Assembly (NCBI GenBank): GCA_001949185.1 | Contig: BDGG01000009.1 | Span: forward strand, 1,787,624-1,851,623 | Direction: 5' to 3' | Source of the DNA: Ramazzottius varieornatus | Lineage: Eukaryota; Animalia; Tardigrada | DNA length: 64,000 bases | Shown: positions 15,001-28,190 of the stretch, piece after piece | How positions within the stretch are numbered: position 1 is the stretch's first letter | Layout: each line of letters opens with the position of its first letter | The notes under the pieces: model-generated | Databases searched by the model: none | The model's input: only the letters and a program-made list of their open reading frames with translations | What the model was told of the DNA's origin: nothing | Translations under genes and position numbers: made by a program

Positions 15001-15861
15001 CATCGCATCTCTAACAGCAATTTTTCGATTAAAAAGAGTGGCGGTTTCCGGTTTAAGTGTTAGGGATGGGGAACTACTTTGCTTAGTGGGAAGCAGGAGT
15101 TGTTCCTTGTGTTGGCCGGACAATGGAGCTCGATTGTGGCATGACATGGACTGCTGCAGTTGATATGCCCCACTTCATCACTTCCATCTCGGCAGTGGTT
15201 CTGCAAACAAAGACTTGGATAAATAAACATCAGCGCAACGACGGTAAAAAGCTTTCTGAATTTATAACTCAATCCCATCAGTTGGTCCAAGAAGTAGTAA
15301 TTCAACTTTCAGCTTCAACGAGCACTACCGATATCACCTGGCCATCACAGATGAGCTGTAACGGAATGCATTTGCCGTTCTTGCAACGAAATTCCACGAT
15401 GGTACAAGGACGGTTGCCAATGATGGCTACAAGAAAGCACTATATTAAGGGAAGAAATAGGAATGGGCATTGACTGAAGCTTACCACAAATTTCCGGTCT
15501 TTCGTCGGCACCGGAAGTGCAATCGGCCAGGCCATCGCAAACGAAATCCTTGGGAATGCACTTGGAATCGTCACACAGAAACTCTGCTTCGCTGCAATTG
15601 CTGGTTGGGATAGAGGCGGTGCTGGAACCTGCCAAAGAGAAGTCCTTGTAATGGTTAAATGCTCAAGCAAGGTGGCCATTGGTCAAGCCTGGAGATAATT
15701 ATCCATAGTGAATTTGCTACATAATGGTAACCGATATGGATATGCTTTCACGCTTGAGTGAATGCAAAAGTACTACCTGTGGTTTGTGCTGCAGCGGTTT
15801 TGATATCCACAACTAGCATGGCAGCGATCAGTAACAGTAACAAGTGCCGCCAGAAAATCAT
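1..15861 (-). CDS. LRP1: LRP1-like LDL-receptor-related protein (multi-exon, 3' end beyond window start)
   Basis: Signal peptide [19 protein letters not shown] from ATG 15861. Many LDLa (CxxxxDCxDGSDE), EGF and YWTD beta-propeller exons, e.g. [27 protein letters not shown] and [23 protein letters not shown], resembling vertebrate LRP1. GT-AG introns throughout. Confidence 0.9.
730..778. repeat. Intronic palindrome core (LRP1 intron 638-929)
   Basis: CAAGTGGCGCAC-N25-GTGCGCCACTTG; outer arms from ~697 to ~886 with a degenerate second unit. Confidence 0.92.
1423..1471. repeat. Intronic palindrome core (LRP1)
   Basis: CAAGTGGCGCAC-N25-GTGCGCCACTTG. Confidence 0.92.
3010..3058. repeat. Intronic palindrome core (LRP1)
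   Basis: CAAGTGAAGCAC-N25-GTGCGCCACTTA. Confidence 0.88.
3794..3842. repeat. Intronic palindrome core (LRP1)
   Basis: CAAGTGGCGCAC-N25-ATGCGCCGCTTG. Confidence 0.88.
4410..4459. repeat. Intronic palindrome core (LRP1)
   Basis: AAACTGGCGCAC-N26-TTGCGCCACTAG. Confidence 0.85.
5043..5091. repeat. Intronic palindrome core (LRP1)
   Basis: CAACTAGCGCCC-N25-GTGCGCAACTTG with GGCAAACAAACTC..TTTGTTTGCC arms. Confidence 0.85.
7226..7274. repeat. Intronic palindrome core (LRP1)
   Basis: CAAATGGCGCAC-N25-GTGCGTCACTTG. Confidence 0.88.
7757..7882. repeat. Intronic palindrome tandem dimer (LRP1)
   Basis: Cores 7757-7805 (N25) and 7838-7882 (N21). Confidence 0.88.
8508..8556. repeat. Intronic palindrome core (LRP1)
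   Basis: GAAGTGGCGCAC-N25-GTGCGTCACTTG with well-preserved arms ~8479-8586. Confidence 0.9.
9372..9420. repeat. Intronic palindrome core (LRP1)
   Basis: CAAGTAGCGCAC-N25-GTGCGCCACTTG. Confidence 0.9.
10475..10523. repeat. Intronic palindrome core (LRP1)
   Basis: CAGGTGGCGCAC-N25-GTGCGCCACTTA. Confidence 0.9.
11951..12071. repeat. Intronic palindrome tandem dimer (LRP1)
   Basis: Cores 11951-11999 (N25) and 12024-12071 (N24). Confidence 0.88.
14752..14800. repeat. Intronic palindrome core (LRP1)
   Basis: TGAGTGGCGCAC-N25-GTGCGCCACTGA. Confidence 0.9.
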
Positions 15862-17680
15862 GGTGAATGCTGGCTGATATTTAAAGTCAGTGCGGCAAAT
15901 GCGCGGCGGTAGGTATATATGGCAGCTGATGGATGAGGGAATACTTGATGTCGCACATCTCCATCTCAAAGATAACTGCGCTTAAATGCCTAATTGGTTG
16001 GCCAGCATCGACCTCCACATCCAGAAGTAGCAACATACAGTGACAGGCCTTCTCTCCACTCCAGCCGATGGAGCGCTTCTACAAGAGAAGAATGGCAGCA
16101 GCGACCTAACTTAGCAGCTTCTCTTGGGCAGGAGTGCACACACTGACAGATGCATCATAGACTGCATGTGATTGATTTTCCAACACAACCATGCACACAT
16201 TGACAATGTTACAGAAGCCGTAGTAATGAATGGAAGGCATAGAATGCCCTAAATGAAACATATTTCTGGCCGCGCAATTCAATGGGAAGCCATAGGAGCA
16301 TTCCCTCACATCACCAGCAACATAGATCTTGGACCATTTCCACCCCTCTTCCTCTCCATGCCCCATGCAAGCCCCATGATGCAAGCCCCATCCCCTCATC
16401 ATCAGTCTTGCTATATATGCATGTCAAATGGGCGTTGATACTTCCTTTCTTTCTACTGTCGGCCACCAATAGCATTTCCTGCAACTAAAGTTCTTTCACT
16501 GTAGCACAAAGTATGGCATATCGCCTTTTCACTTGGCACTGTATGTATGTAAGTGCCCTACCTCAACTGGTACTTTCCTACCTGTTCCTACCTGTTCCTA
16601 CCTGTTCCTTAAGTGCAGCAATTTGTCCAAGCTACAGGTGAGCCAGACACAGAGGAAGGCAACTGATAAGAGCCTGGGGCAAAATAGCAACACCTGAAGT
16701 TGCGATCTAGCCCACTTCAATGTCACTTCTGGCTGGCTGGCTAGGCTACCTTTAGGCTGCGACAGAGGCCAGTCTTGTCTGTGCGGTTCCACCTTGGCCA
16801 TATCACCGTGGTTTGGACTAAAAGCACAACAAGATTCAGTGTTGAAGAGTGAGCTTCGTGCCGAGGAGGAGAGGAAAGGACTCAAGTTCCGTCGAGGACC
16901 TCATGAGATCGGGTACGCGGGGTGGCGCTGCTGGACTACACCTAAAGTTGCTTCTTCCATCCTTCCCTCGACTTTCTTGTAGAGCATTGGCATTTTTGCC
17001 AGACGATGCGCCCATTGTCTGAAAAGAAAAAGCCAAAGTATTTAGAACATCGGACGTCGATATTTTGACAAGTGGCATAGATGGTGGAACTAGTGCACTG
17101 TGCGCACTGTTGGTATACAGCTTGTCAGAATAATTTACGACTTGGACACTCTTGTGGCCAACACCATCATCGGAATAAGCAGTTACAGCTCTCTAAGGTG
17201 CCTACATCATGTTCTGCTAATTGCAAATGATCAAGAAGGAAGCTTGAATGGAGGCGGTTAAGCGTCGCAACCGTGACTCTAGGTCCACCGTTCCGCTGTG
17301 ACGTCAGAGTGGCCAAATTCCTACAGGACCTGCACAATGTAGGCTCAAAGACACAGCCAAGCATCTAATGAATACTGGATCACCCATCCAGCCAGCATAT
17401 CATCCTCTCATAAGCGGGCAAGACTTGGTTGAGGGCTCTACTTCCGCTCCTGATCCTGGGAACGTCAAGGAAGGCCCAAGGCTTGTGCAAGGCCTGGGGC
17501 CAGACTTTGGCTGGTTGCTGCGCGACAGGCGTTCCGCCGCCTTTACCGTACCCACAGCTCTCGAGTGTCCGGACATCCAGTGCAAAAAGGGATGGATGGC
17601 GTGCTGAAAAGACTGTGTGTGTAGGTGCTGCTGTCAGCCTGCGCCTGCCTGCCTGCCAGACAGCGGAGTAACTTGCCATT

Positions 17681-20600
17681 ATGTCCAATCGAAAGGATAA
17701 GGCTTACCAAAGGATGGGCCATAACGAGACGAGCGACGAGGAAAATGATGCCATCTACAGCACACCTCGACGCCCCAAGGGGACAGGCGGCAGGAAGGGC
17801 AGTGTGGCCAGTGATGGCGCAAGTCAGCAGCTGCTGCAGCTGACAGCCAAGAGGTCCTTATCCTCCGTCAGCGTCACCCTAGCCAATCTGCCCCTCGACG
17901 AGCGCAACTTCCTTGTCCTAGTCGAAGATGGCAGCGTTTCTGCCGTCGACAGATTCCTGGAGGTAAGTTCCCTTCTCTTGCCGACCTGCGTCACATCTTC
18001 TTGTCAGTGCATTAGGCAAAGTTGTAGGATCATCCTTACGTCAACGTCAACTGCCGCGATATCCATGGCATCAGCGCTCTACACCGGGCCGTTCGCAGCG
18101 AGGACTTTGAGATGATTGGCTTCTTGATCAATCGGCCCAACGTCTACGCCGGCGATACGACATTGCACGCCGTCGAGCTGGGCAACACCGAAGTGGTCAC
18201 TCTTCTCCTGGAAGGCTTGAGGTAATGAAGAGCTGACACAGGGCCATGTGCCCCCATGCCACTTGGCCCTTCTCTCTGTCAGCTCTGACAAGTTAGTTCC
18301 CCATCATCGTCCTGTAATTCCTTTCTGACCGTCGACAGGAAGAGAGATAAGCGACTGGAATTTCATGGCGTGCAGGACAGCGTCGACTTCACACCGGATA
18401 TCACCCCTTTAATGTTGGCGGCTCACCTCAGTAAGTAAGTTCCATTCATTCACCACTTTGCGATGTCGCTTGCTTCCATTGAGACAGGACCACCCTACGG
18501 TCTGCGCCCTCTCCTTTGATGGGCATGTCCAGCCTGCTGGCGCGCCATCAGGTGCCTGAGCTCAGCTAGGCCTCCCTGCCGCTTGGTAAACCAGTGGTCA
18601 GCTTGTACAGCCACCACAATGCATGCCTGCGCGCTCTTCCATCCGCCTTTTCTGCCCGCTTTCCACTTGGAGTTGCGGCTGCTTAGTCGGTATTGCGGTC
18701 TGCAAGCCGCCAAAAAGAGAGACATGGGCGAGCGTGCAGTGGATGCAAACCTTCCCAAGCCAAGTAGTATATGTGTATTTCCAAGCAGTCAAGGATTGCT
18801 GCATGAATTGACGGGCTTTGTGCCTATATAGATGACTTCAACATGGTCAAGTTGCTGGTCGATCGGGGACACAGCATTGTCCGTCCGCATCCTCCCGGTT
18901 GTTTGTGCGGTCGAGCCGAATGCAGCGGTAACAAGAGCAAAGAGTTTGCCAAGTTGGAATACAGCAAGCGACGCTACAACTCCTACCAAGCCCTCTGCAG
19001 TCCCGCCTACCTCAGCCAGACCAGCAAAGATGTCATCAAGACCTGCTTTAAACTTTGCTCCGAACTCTATAGCTGCTCTAAGAAGGAAGCTGAATTCGCG
19101 TACGTAAGTACAAGAAGCCTTATATAGGGACATTTGGCGCCATGAAGTTTCAGTCCATCATCGAGACAAGGATGGTAAGTAAATGTAAGCATGGGAGGAT
19201 TGATTATATGTAGGGAAAAGTACCTTGAGCTATCGGCCAAGTTGAAGGAATTTGTCAAGCAGTTACTGGAGCAGTGCAGCACGACGGAGGAAGTGGAGTT
19301 GATCCTGAAGCAGCGCCATATGGGCGCTCCCTGCAACGCCATCTTCCCGCGCATCTACCTGGCTCTTCAGTGTCGGCAGCGAGAGTTTATCGCCCATGAG
19401 AATTGCCAGCAAGTGCTGCAAGCAGCCTGGCTGGACGAATGGCAAGACTGGCGGGGCATGTCCGTACTGTCCAAGCTGTTGCGCCTGCTGATGCGCCTCA
19501 TCCTCTTCCCCTTTCTGGCCCTGGTCTACATCCTGATGCCGCGGCCCATCCAATGGCTGGAACGCTACATGCGGCCGCCCATCCACCGTTACTTGCTCAG
19601 TACCAGCTCCTACCTGGCCTTCCTCATCCTCGTCTTCATTGTCATCAGCCATGACCGGGAAGCCAAGTACCGCGGCCCGCCCCAATCCGGCCTAGAATGG
19701 GGCATCATTGTCTACGTCCTGGGCTACAGCTGGGACGCCTTCAAGAGATTTCAGCTGCAGCGAGCTCATACCTTCTTCGCCAGCTGGTGGAACATTTACG
19801 ACCTGCTCGACCTCTTGCTCTTTTACTGTACTTTCGGCATCTGGTACGAACTGTGGCAGCGCCAAGCCACCGTCCCTCCCAAAGACCGCATGGAGTGGGA
19901 ATGGGACGACCCTGTCCTGGTCGCCGAAAGCTTGTTCGCCTTCGCCACTATCCTGGCCTTTGGCAAGCTGCTGCAGATATTCCGGGTAAGGTACAGACCT
20001 CTTGACTACAGCAGCAAAAGATATGCTGCTAACTTACATGCCTTTCTTGGCCTGCAGGTCGATCGCCGAATGGGGCCTCTTCTCATCTCGCTGGGCAAAA
20101 TGGTCTTTGACATGATTCGCTTCCTGGTCGTTTATGTCTGCGTCGTCTTGTCCTTCTCCACCGGCCTGAGCAACATGTACGAGACATACCACGATCAGGT
20201 AATTTCTCCTTCTGTGGCGCTCGCCATATGCTGCACCATGCTGCAGTGATCAATGGTATCAATAGATCAAAGCCAATGCTGATGGAACCAACACAACCCA
20301 AAGCGACGCTTTCATGACCTTCCCCAAGACAGCCAAGACGCTCTTCTGGGCCTTATTCGGCTTGGCACCGGCCGAAGGGCCCGACGTCATCATCGGCAAT
20401 CGCCACCCCAATGGCTCCATCTGGAAGGACTACCAGGCTCGTGAGCACTCCTTCACCCAAGCCTCCGGTTACATCATGTTCGGCATGTACCAAGTCATCG
20501 GTATCCTCATTCTCCTCAACACTCTCATCGCCGTCATGAGTAACACCTACCAGAAAGTAGCCGACAACTCCGATGCCGAATGGAAGTTTGCCCGAACGCA

Positions 20601-20874
20601 GATATGGGTCAATTACTTTGACCACAGCCATTCGCTACCCACTCCCTTCAACATGATACCCACAGTTCGCACTGTCACAGCTATTATTGCCACTATTCTA
20701 CGCAAAGACCAGCTGGATACAAAAGAAGCGCTGCTTATGCGCCAAATGTCCCTTCGCTACTCCGAACTGCAAGGCAGACTTACCAAAACTATCTTTAGTA
20801 AAATCGAACGAGAAAAGGCCACAGAACAGCTGGCTAACCTGCAGAAAGATGTGCAGAGACTACTGGACAAATAA
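17681..20874 (+). CDS. TRPC-family cation channel (multi-exon)
   Basis: N-terminal ankyrin-repeat exons (DITPLMLAAH), six-TM region, pore motif LFWALFG, TRP box EWKFAR, LPTPFNMIP motif. Confidence 0.9.
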
Positions 20875-21074
20875 AGCCACTTAAAACTCCTTTCCGCTTC
20901 CCCATACTTATATATTCACAGTACCTCCTACCACAATCGCTCCTTCTACCAGTACTGAACAGCAGACAGAAATCAAAGCAAGTACGAATCGCTTTTCAAA
21001 TAAAAGATAATATAAAAGGTCTTTCGAGATTAGATGGAGCAGAATACTACGGGCGAAAGACTTCAACTGGGACT

Positions 21075-24000
21075 TTAGCTTTCTGACTCTTCTTGGGCAT
21101 TGAGGGCGCCTTTACCATCGACAAACTCTTGGTAGATTTCATCGGCGTTCTTGCGGATGAAAGGCCAACTTTTTTTCTTGGCCCGCTGGCGTTCTTTCCA
21201 TTGGGCCAGCAGCTCTTTTCGTTCATCGAGGCTCTTCTTGCCTTCTCCCCGCAGACTAGCCAGCTCTTTGGGCAGCGGGTATCCGCTACGTCGGAAGAAG
21301 TCAAGCTGCTTGGCGGTCAGTCGTTGCGGGCGCGGAGTCAGGCTGGTCCACTCCAACAGGTTCAAACACTCTTCCAACTGCGCCTCTAGGGTGGAGGGAA
21401 CAGCACTGTCAAACATGCCCTTCATCCTGCCCTGTCTTTCGCGTCCAGCACAAACCGCCTCCATCTCCTTCAAGTCACCCTCGGCCTGACGTTCTACAAA
21501 AGACACATTGACGTACGAAAAAGTCACCTCTGAGGAGAGATTAAAGTTCAAATGTCATTTCTGGCAAAGTTGCGGAATGTTGAATTATATGTGAATTTGG
21601 TTGGAAAAGACTCAGGCCTGTCCTTACTTGCAGGAGGTTTTGCTACGGCTGAAGAGTCAATCTGGATGGCTTCCGTCGGGAAAAGCATGAAAGGTTCCGC
21701 CTCCTTTCTCAGATCTTTGATCATTGCCGGAATGAGATCATCCCGATAAACTGTTTACACAGAACGGACTTAGGACAAGCGGAAACGATACATAAGATTC
21801 TCCAGCGCAGTTTCACTGAACGTGCTATTTGCCACGTAAATTTCTTTTCCTCGAACTTTCATCCCCAAATGGGAGCTGGCCACACAGACCCAATAAGATC
21901 TTTTACCCCACTGGCGCACTTTTTCCATGGTCAATGCCACGTAGCGTGCGCCACTGAAAGAAGGAGCGTCTGGAGTTTGTATTTTCAAGTGGCACACGTC
22001 TACCGTGTTGTTGGCTAGGAAAGAGTGCTCCGCTTGGAGAAATGTTTGCTGCTGCTTTCATTCCTTCACTCAGGTACGAAATTCTGCACCTACCGAGCAT
22101 CTGCTTGATGGAGGCTACGGTCAGATAGCAATGGAGCATATGCAGGCGCATACTGTGGGTGGCGATGGCATCATTGGGGAACCAGGTATCCATATCGGGT
22201 TTGGCGATTCGGTTCTGGCTGGGTGTAGGGAAGACGGGCTTGTGGTGGACCATGTGAGTCAGGCCGTTGATCATGAATACGCCACAGTCCACCCCGTTCT
22301 GCTGTTGCGGCGACTTGGGGACGAAGCGAGCGAACCTGCCGCCGTCCAGCTGCCACTCATCACAGCCCGACTTGGCGTTGCGACAAGCCACTTCGCTCTT
22401 GGCTTCGGCTTCCAGCCAACGCTGCAGAAGGTTGAAAGTGAACTTGTGGCGATCGGCGCTGCCCAGAGAGTGAAGAGAGTCGAAGAGCACCATCAGCGTC
22501 TTCGGACTGCTCTTTGCGTCACTGGGGCAATTCTTTGACATCAAGCAAGCACCGGGCTGGTAGATGACGGCCAAGTACCAATGTTGTCTGCCAAAAAGAC
22601 AATACATGAGCTAGCGTCAAACCTAAACTCCAACGGCCACACTGGGAGGCTAGCAAACCAAGCGTAACCCATTGCCCGTACAAGTGGCGCACCTTATCAG
22701 TATCATTAGGTGCAAGAATGCGCCACCTGAGACGAAACGTACAACATTACTGTTGAAGTGGCGTACTGGTCGATTGTTCTTGGCCGACAGAGTGCGCCAC
22801 TCAAGCCGAACTTACTCGTTCAAGACTGGTACGACCAAGTATTGCTTCTTGAAGATGTCGATCTTCCTGGTGTGTTCTCGCAACCGCGAGCGAACCTTCT
22901 CCGGGAGTTCTTTCATTTTCAACCCGTCGATGTCTCGGATGGTTCCGAGGTAGGTTTGAAAGAAGTAGTAGGAAAAGAGGTGGAAACGATCGTCGTCCTC
23001 TTTACACAGTCTCAACCTGATAAACTCTATCATGAACTGCACGATACCGTCGCCCAACTGCTGGCCAGTGGCCAACTGGTAGATGTCTCCCGCTGCGATG
23101 GAAGAGTTGCCCAAGATGACTTCTTCGAAGATGGGCACACTGCGGAAGGCCGGATGGCAGTCTTCCGGCAAATCTAGTTCCGTATTCTGGAAAGAATCAC
23201 ACGTCACCAACTTCTTAATCTGCGGTATGTCTTCCGGATTTGCAGTTCAGTAGATCAAATGGCAGCCCGGAAAAGCCGGCCTGAAAAAAACACTTCCCAA
23301 AGTGGCGCACGTTCGTCATGTTAATAGACGCCAGCGTGCGCCACTTGAGAAGAGCGATTTTGTCGAGTTTGTTTGACGAGCTGCCTAATCACAGTTCTTA
23401 CCACATTGGTGTTATTGGGTCTAGGCGCTTGTTTCTCCACATGTCGTTCTTCTTCTTCTTCGTTGTCCGAGTCCACCAGGACGATGCAGTCTTCTTCGGC
23501 GGTGGAGATACTGGTGCTGGCTGCAGCAGCGTCGGTCGTTGCGGTAGTACGCTGGCCGTTCCGCGACTGTGCTCGTTTAGAGAAGTCTTCGGCCTGCTTG
23601 GCAGCCTGCTTCCTCTTCTCTCTTCGTTCCTCCCAATCTTCCAAAACACTCTTGATTTTCGGGAAGACGGTGTGCTGTCGAAAACATAGAAACACATTAC
23701 AACCAGGAAAGAAGGGGAGGCATGCTGAGATAACCACCTACATACACTAGTTGGCGGTCGACTGAAGACGGATAGTGTATGCAGGTGTCAATCTGGTCAG
23801 CAACCATTGGAAAGGCATGCGAGTATACCTTGATGCGTGGGTTGGGATTGTTGGAAGTAAGTGGCGTTGCCGGGTGAGCTGACTGTCCGTTGAGTATGTG
23901 AGGAGCTGCAGTTGCCTTGAGGGAGGCGTTAGTCAGGGAGGAAGTCTGGAGTTTGGGGCGTTGGCTGCGACTTTTGGCCAGGATGCTTTCATCGGCCCCA

Positions 24001-26014
24001 GCCATATTCTCGTCGCCGTCCATGTCGACCCAGGCCGGGTCATCTTGGTCAGTGGTGGGTACATGTCGGCAGCAATCGGCCTTGGCTCTCTTGTTGGCAG
24101 CAGCATTGACAAGATCTGTCTTGTTGGCTGGACCATCGACTTTAGTGGGGCGTTTCTGTTGTGGTCGCGGAGTGGCCGGAAGGTTGCTGAGTGAGAACAG
24201 GCTGCAGTTGCTATCATCAGGCGCTGGCTCCTCCATGACCGAAGCGTACTTGCTCTTGTTGGAAGGGGCTTTGTTCAGACCGAGAAGACGCGTCTTGGAG
24301 ACGGCAGACATGGAGCTTTCAATGGTACTTCGCTCTTGCGAGGGCCGAGCAAACTTCTTGAAGGTGTTGGGGAAGACGGAATAAGCGAAAGCTTGAGGAT
24401 GAGGAAAAGAAGTTGCCTGCCAGCCCACCAGTTTCAGACGGTCAGCCAGAGCTGTCTTTCGGCCCTGCTCTTCCACGTCGCTAAAGTGCAGGCGGAGAAG
24501 CTTGACGCTGTTGCTTTCCTGTGTCTTGCTCTTCTGAATGTCTCGCCGTAACCCACCGGAATCGGTCATCCTCTCCAAGGCCTGCGCTACGTCCTTGGCG
24601 AAGGCCGACTGCAACTCGAAGGTGGCGATCTGATACTGCAGACAGTAGCGACACTTCCGAAGCTCGCTCCACGGTACAGCAACGTTACCAACTTCACCGG
24701 AAGTCTCCAGGTCACAACAAACGTATAAGAAGAAGCTCTGCCGGCTGATACTGACTTCCAACAGACAGTGCTTCTTTTCAAAGATGCCCAAGCCCAAGCA
24801 TTCGATGGGGAAGAACATTTGATCGTCCATCATGTCGGCAACGGCCGAAAAGTCCTGCGACTGTAGGGCCTGCTCAATGACCATGTTCTTCTTGGCGTTC
24901 TCCGCCGCCTCCAGTCGTTCGCTGGCCTCTTCTTCTTCCATCGTTTTGACTTGAATTGCGTTGTTTTGAGCATTCTGCCATCGCTCAAAGTTGGCCACAA
25001 AGTGAGACTTGTGCGGCGAATCAGCCAAGTTAAGGCACAGAAACTTATGAGCTGCGCAGGCACTCTCCACATCGAAGACGTCCAGCATGTGCAGCTGCAG
25101 CAGCAGCTGGCGCCTGACCATAGAGCAAAAGTGGCGAGTGGGAAGAATGAGCAAGAGTGGTCGGTGGTGCGACAAGCATGTGCTGATGTCAGCGATATCC
25201 TGCCGTCGCAGGCTGAAGCTATGGCCGCCCTCCAGCTCAGAGACAGTCAGCTTCCACAGCTTGGGCTCGTCCACCCTCCAAGCAAAGGCCACCCTGCCAG
25301 TCGTAGCTGCCAGGTACGAGCCAAACCTACAAAAGGCACCACCATGTCAAGACTGGACAGCCTCCTCCAGCTACCATCAGCTACCCCCACCTCCTCCTAC
25401 CTCCTTACCAAACTTGTACTCCACTGGCGCTGACTGAAGTGGCAGAAGGGAAATACTCCTCCCCTTCCGTTGAGGCCTGCTGTCTGCTGCCATCCACCTT
25501 GGAGCTGCCTGCTCCACCACCCATGTGGACGACAGGCTTGTAATTCGACTGAATGGTGCTGCTTCGCAGGGCTTTGCCCAGCCTTGAACTGAAATCGTTG
25601 GTCCACCTGCCACCCGACGGCCCTTTCGATTCTGCACTGCGATGGCGACAACGATCGGAGCTTGCAGCCAGGGACGCTAATGGGGACCAGCGCTGCAACT
25701 CCTTCCTAGCTTGACGCTTCCCAGCAGACAGCGCTGGAGCTGCAATCTCAGGACTCGTAGAGCGCCTCCCGATAATGCTGCATTTGTTCGTCTGAGCGCT
25801 ACAAAGACAACCCCATATTTACAATCACAAAAAAGACCACCAAAACTAAATAAATAGAGGTTTCAGGGGAGGAAGAAAAAGACACGAACAAGTTGAGTTT
25901 CGCGGAATGCTACTAGCGATACACAAGAAGAATAATGACTAACTATTCGGCTATCGTCCGTCGACCACCGATAGGCGAGCGCGACTGAGCAGCTCTGTCC
26001 ATAAGATCTTCCAT
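21075..26014 (-). CDS. Ulp1/C48 SUMO-specific protease, SENP6/7-like (multi-exon)
   Basis: Catalytic motifs DIFKKQYLVVPVLNE, HWYLAVI, FDSL, QQQNGVDCGVF; long N-terminal region. Start inferred by splicing from ATG 26014 (less certain). Confidence 0.82.
21908..22036. repeat. Intronic palindrome tandem dimer (SENP intron 21751-22093)
   Basis: Cores 21908-21957 (N26) and 21986-22036 (N27). Confidence 0.85.
22681..22803. repeat. Intronic palindrome tandem dimer (SENP)
   Basis: Cores 22681-22729 (N25) and 22755-22803 (N25). Confidence 0.88.
23299..23347. repeat. Intronic palindrome core (SENP)
   Basis: AAAGTGGCGCAC-N25-GTGCGCCACTTG. Confidence 0.9.
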
Positions 26015-26487
26015 TCAAAGATAAGAAGCCATTGTTACCACCTCCGCAAAGACGAGGGAATTCTTTTGTTATTCGTAGCGAAGACAGCGAAGTAGATTGA
26101 AGAAACGAGAAGAAACAATTGGGATTTGGGAATGAACAATCACTGACAATCTCCGACTCCCGGGCGCCCTTCGACAGTCACCGGGCGGTTCTGACGAGTT
26201 ACTACCATTGATGGTTTGATTGAGCCAGAGATTCCAAGGACTTTTCGATATCTGTTGCAAAAGAGTAAGTCGCAGTTCCCACAAAGGCGCCAATACCATC
26301 AAATCGTCAGAAAGTTCTAAAACTTTAACTACTAACAAAATTTCGTCAAGCTCGTCGCAGTGGTTCTTCGTGTGGAAGATCATCGAAATTTTCCGAAAGC
26401 TGTTCGCAGGAGATCCTAAGTGGATTTCGAGTGCGATCCCGCTTGGTCAAGCCGTAGCCTGTGCCTTCTGACAGGCCAGTCGACAAG

Positions 26488-28190
26488 ATGCCGTTCCTGT
26501 GTAAGCGATGCTCGCGGAAAGCCATTCTGAAACGTCCAAAGACGGTAAGTGGTATTCAACAGTATTCTACTGGTCTGCTGCAGAACATGCGAGATGGATG
26601 ACGGTACACGAAGTATTGGTACGTGGATAGTGTTGCGGCACGGTGTGGTTAAGGTTAGTTTCTTTCAGGGAGATACTCTATGCAAAGAATGTTTCTTCGA
26701 GCTTTTCGAACTAGAAATCCACGAAACGATCATATGTGCGAAGCTCTTCAAGCCCGGGCTGAAAGTAGCTGTGGGCGCGTCTGGCGGAAAAGGTACGTAG
26801 GGCTCATATCTGTACGATGCGCGGACGACTTGGCCAACGATATACTATGAACTTTGGGTTTGACAGATTCGACGGTTCTTGCTCATGTGATGAAAGTTCT
26901 CAACGAGAAATACCATTACGGCATCCACTTAACCTTACTGTCCGTGGACGAGGGTATTACGGGCTATCGGGACGACTCGCTGGAAACGGTGAAGAGGAAC
27001 GAGCAACAGTACGAACTGCCGTTGAAGATCGTATCTTACAAGGTTCGCCGCCTGTCTCTGTGTCAATCTTGTGCAGTTTTTTCCTCTTTTTTTCCTGCAG
27101 GGAGAAACAAGTATGCTGACATGAATTGTCTTTGTAGGATCTGTACGGATGGAGTATGGACGACATCGTGAAGCAGATCGGGCTAAAGAACAACTGCACA
27201 TTCTGCGGGGTTTTCCGACGACAAGCGCTGGACCGTGGGGCGACAATGACGGCAGTAGATATGATCCTCACCGGACATAATGCCGACGACATTGCCGAAA
27301 CTGTCCTCATGAACCGTTAGTTGCAATCCACTTGTTCTTATCTAGTTACCATTCGATCCTCAAACCGGCAGCGAGATGTCAGTTGGGCGTAAGCGAAAGA
27401 ATGGCCGAGCAAGCATGTGCTTCTGTTTTAGTTCTCCGCGGTGACATCGCCCGGCTGAGTCGCTGTACGGCAATAATCACCGGAGCCGAAGGTTCGCTTC
27501 CACGAGCCAAGCCTCTGAAGTACGCCTACGAGAAGGAGATTGTCATGTACGCGTACTTCAAGAAGCTGGACTACTTTTCGACCGAGTGCGTGTACTCTCC
27601 AAACGCTTACAGGTAGGAAGTCCGAACCGCGTACCACCAGTTCCGCCTTACCAATTAATTCACGTATTTTCAGTAAGGTTCAATGATGAAATATGAGGCT
27701 TTTTTCATAGGGGCTACGCAAGAACATTTTTGAAAGATTTGGAATCGATAAGGCCGAGATGCATAATCGACATCATACACTCTGGCGAAAACTTTGCCAT
27801 CAAGTCTTCGGTCAAGATGGCTGCGCAAGGTACGGTATATTGAGGACTGACAGGGTTCATCGCTCACCGCTCACCGCTCACCATCGCTCACCAGTCTTAC
27901 AAAAATGCAAAATTCATCTTGTTTGTTATTAGGTAGTTGTTCTCGTTGTGGATTCATATCTAGTCAGGAAGTGTGCAAGGCGTGCATCTTGCTCGATGGT
28001 CTCAATCGGGGTTTGCCACGGCTGACGACGGGGAAGATGAAAAAAGCGCATCGAAGTTTTGCTCAAGTAGGTCCGCTTTAGCGTTTTGGCTTCTGTCAGG
28101 GATATGTTTTGTGGAATCCCAAAGTCTGACGTCATCCTTTTTTAGAACAACAAGCAAGAAAATGGCGAAGTCACGTCGCCGGCCGATTAA
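26488..28190 (+). CDS. CTU1: Cytoplasmic tRNA 2-thiolation protein 1
   Basis: PP-loop [69 protein letters not shown] motifs across spliced exons. Confidence 0.93.

Noticed and set aside
12645-18831. Rule that every long intron needs the palindrome
   Set aside because: Long introns at ~12645-12862, ~13451-13764 and ~18431-18831 lack it.
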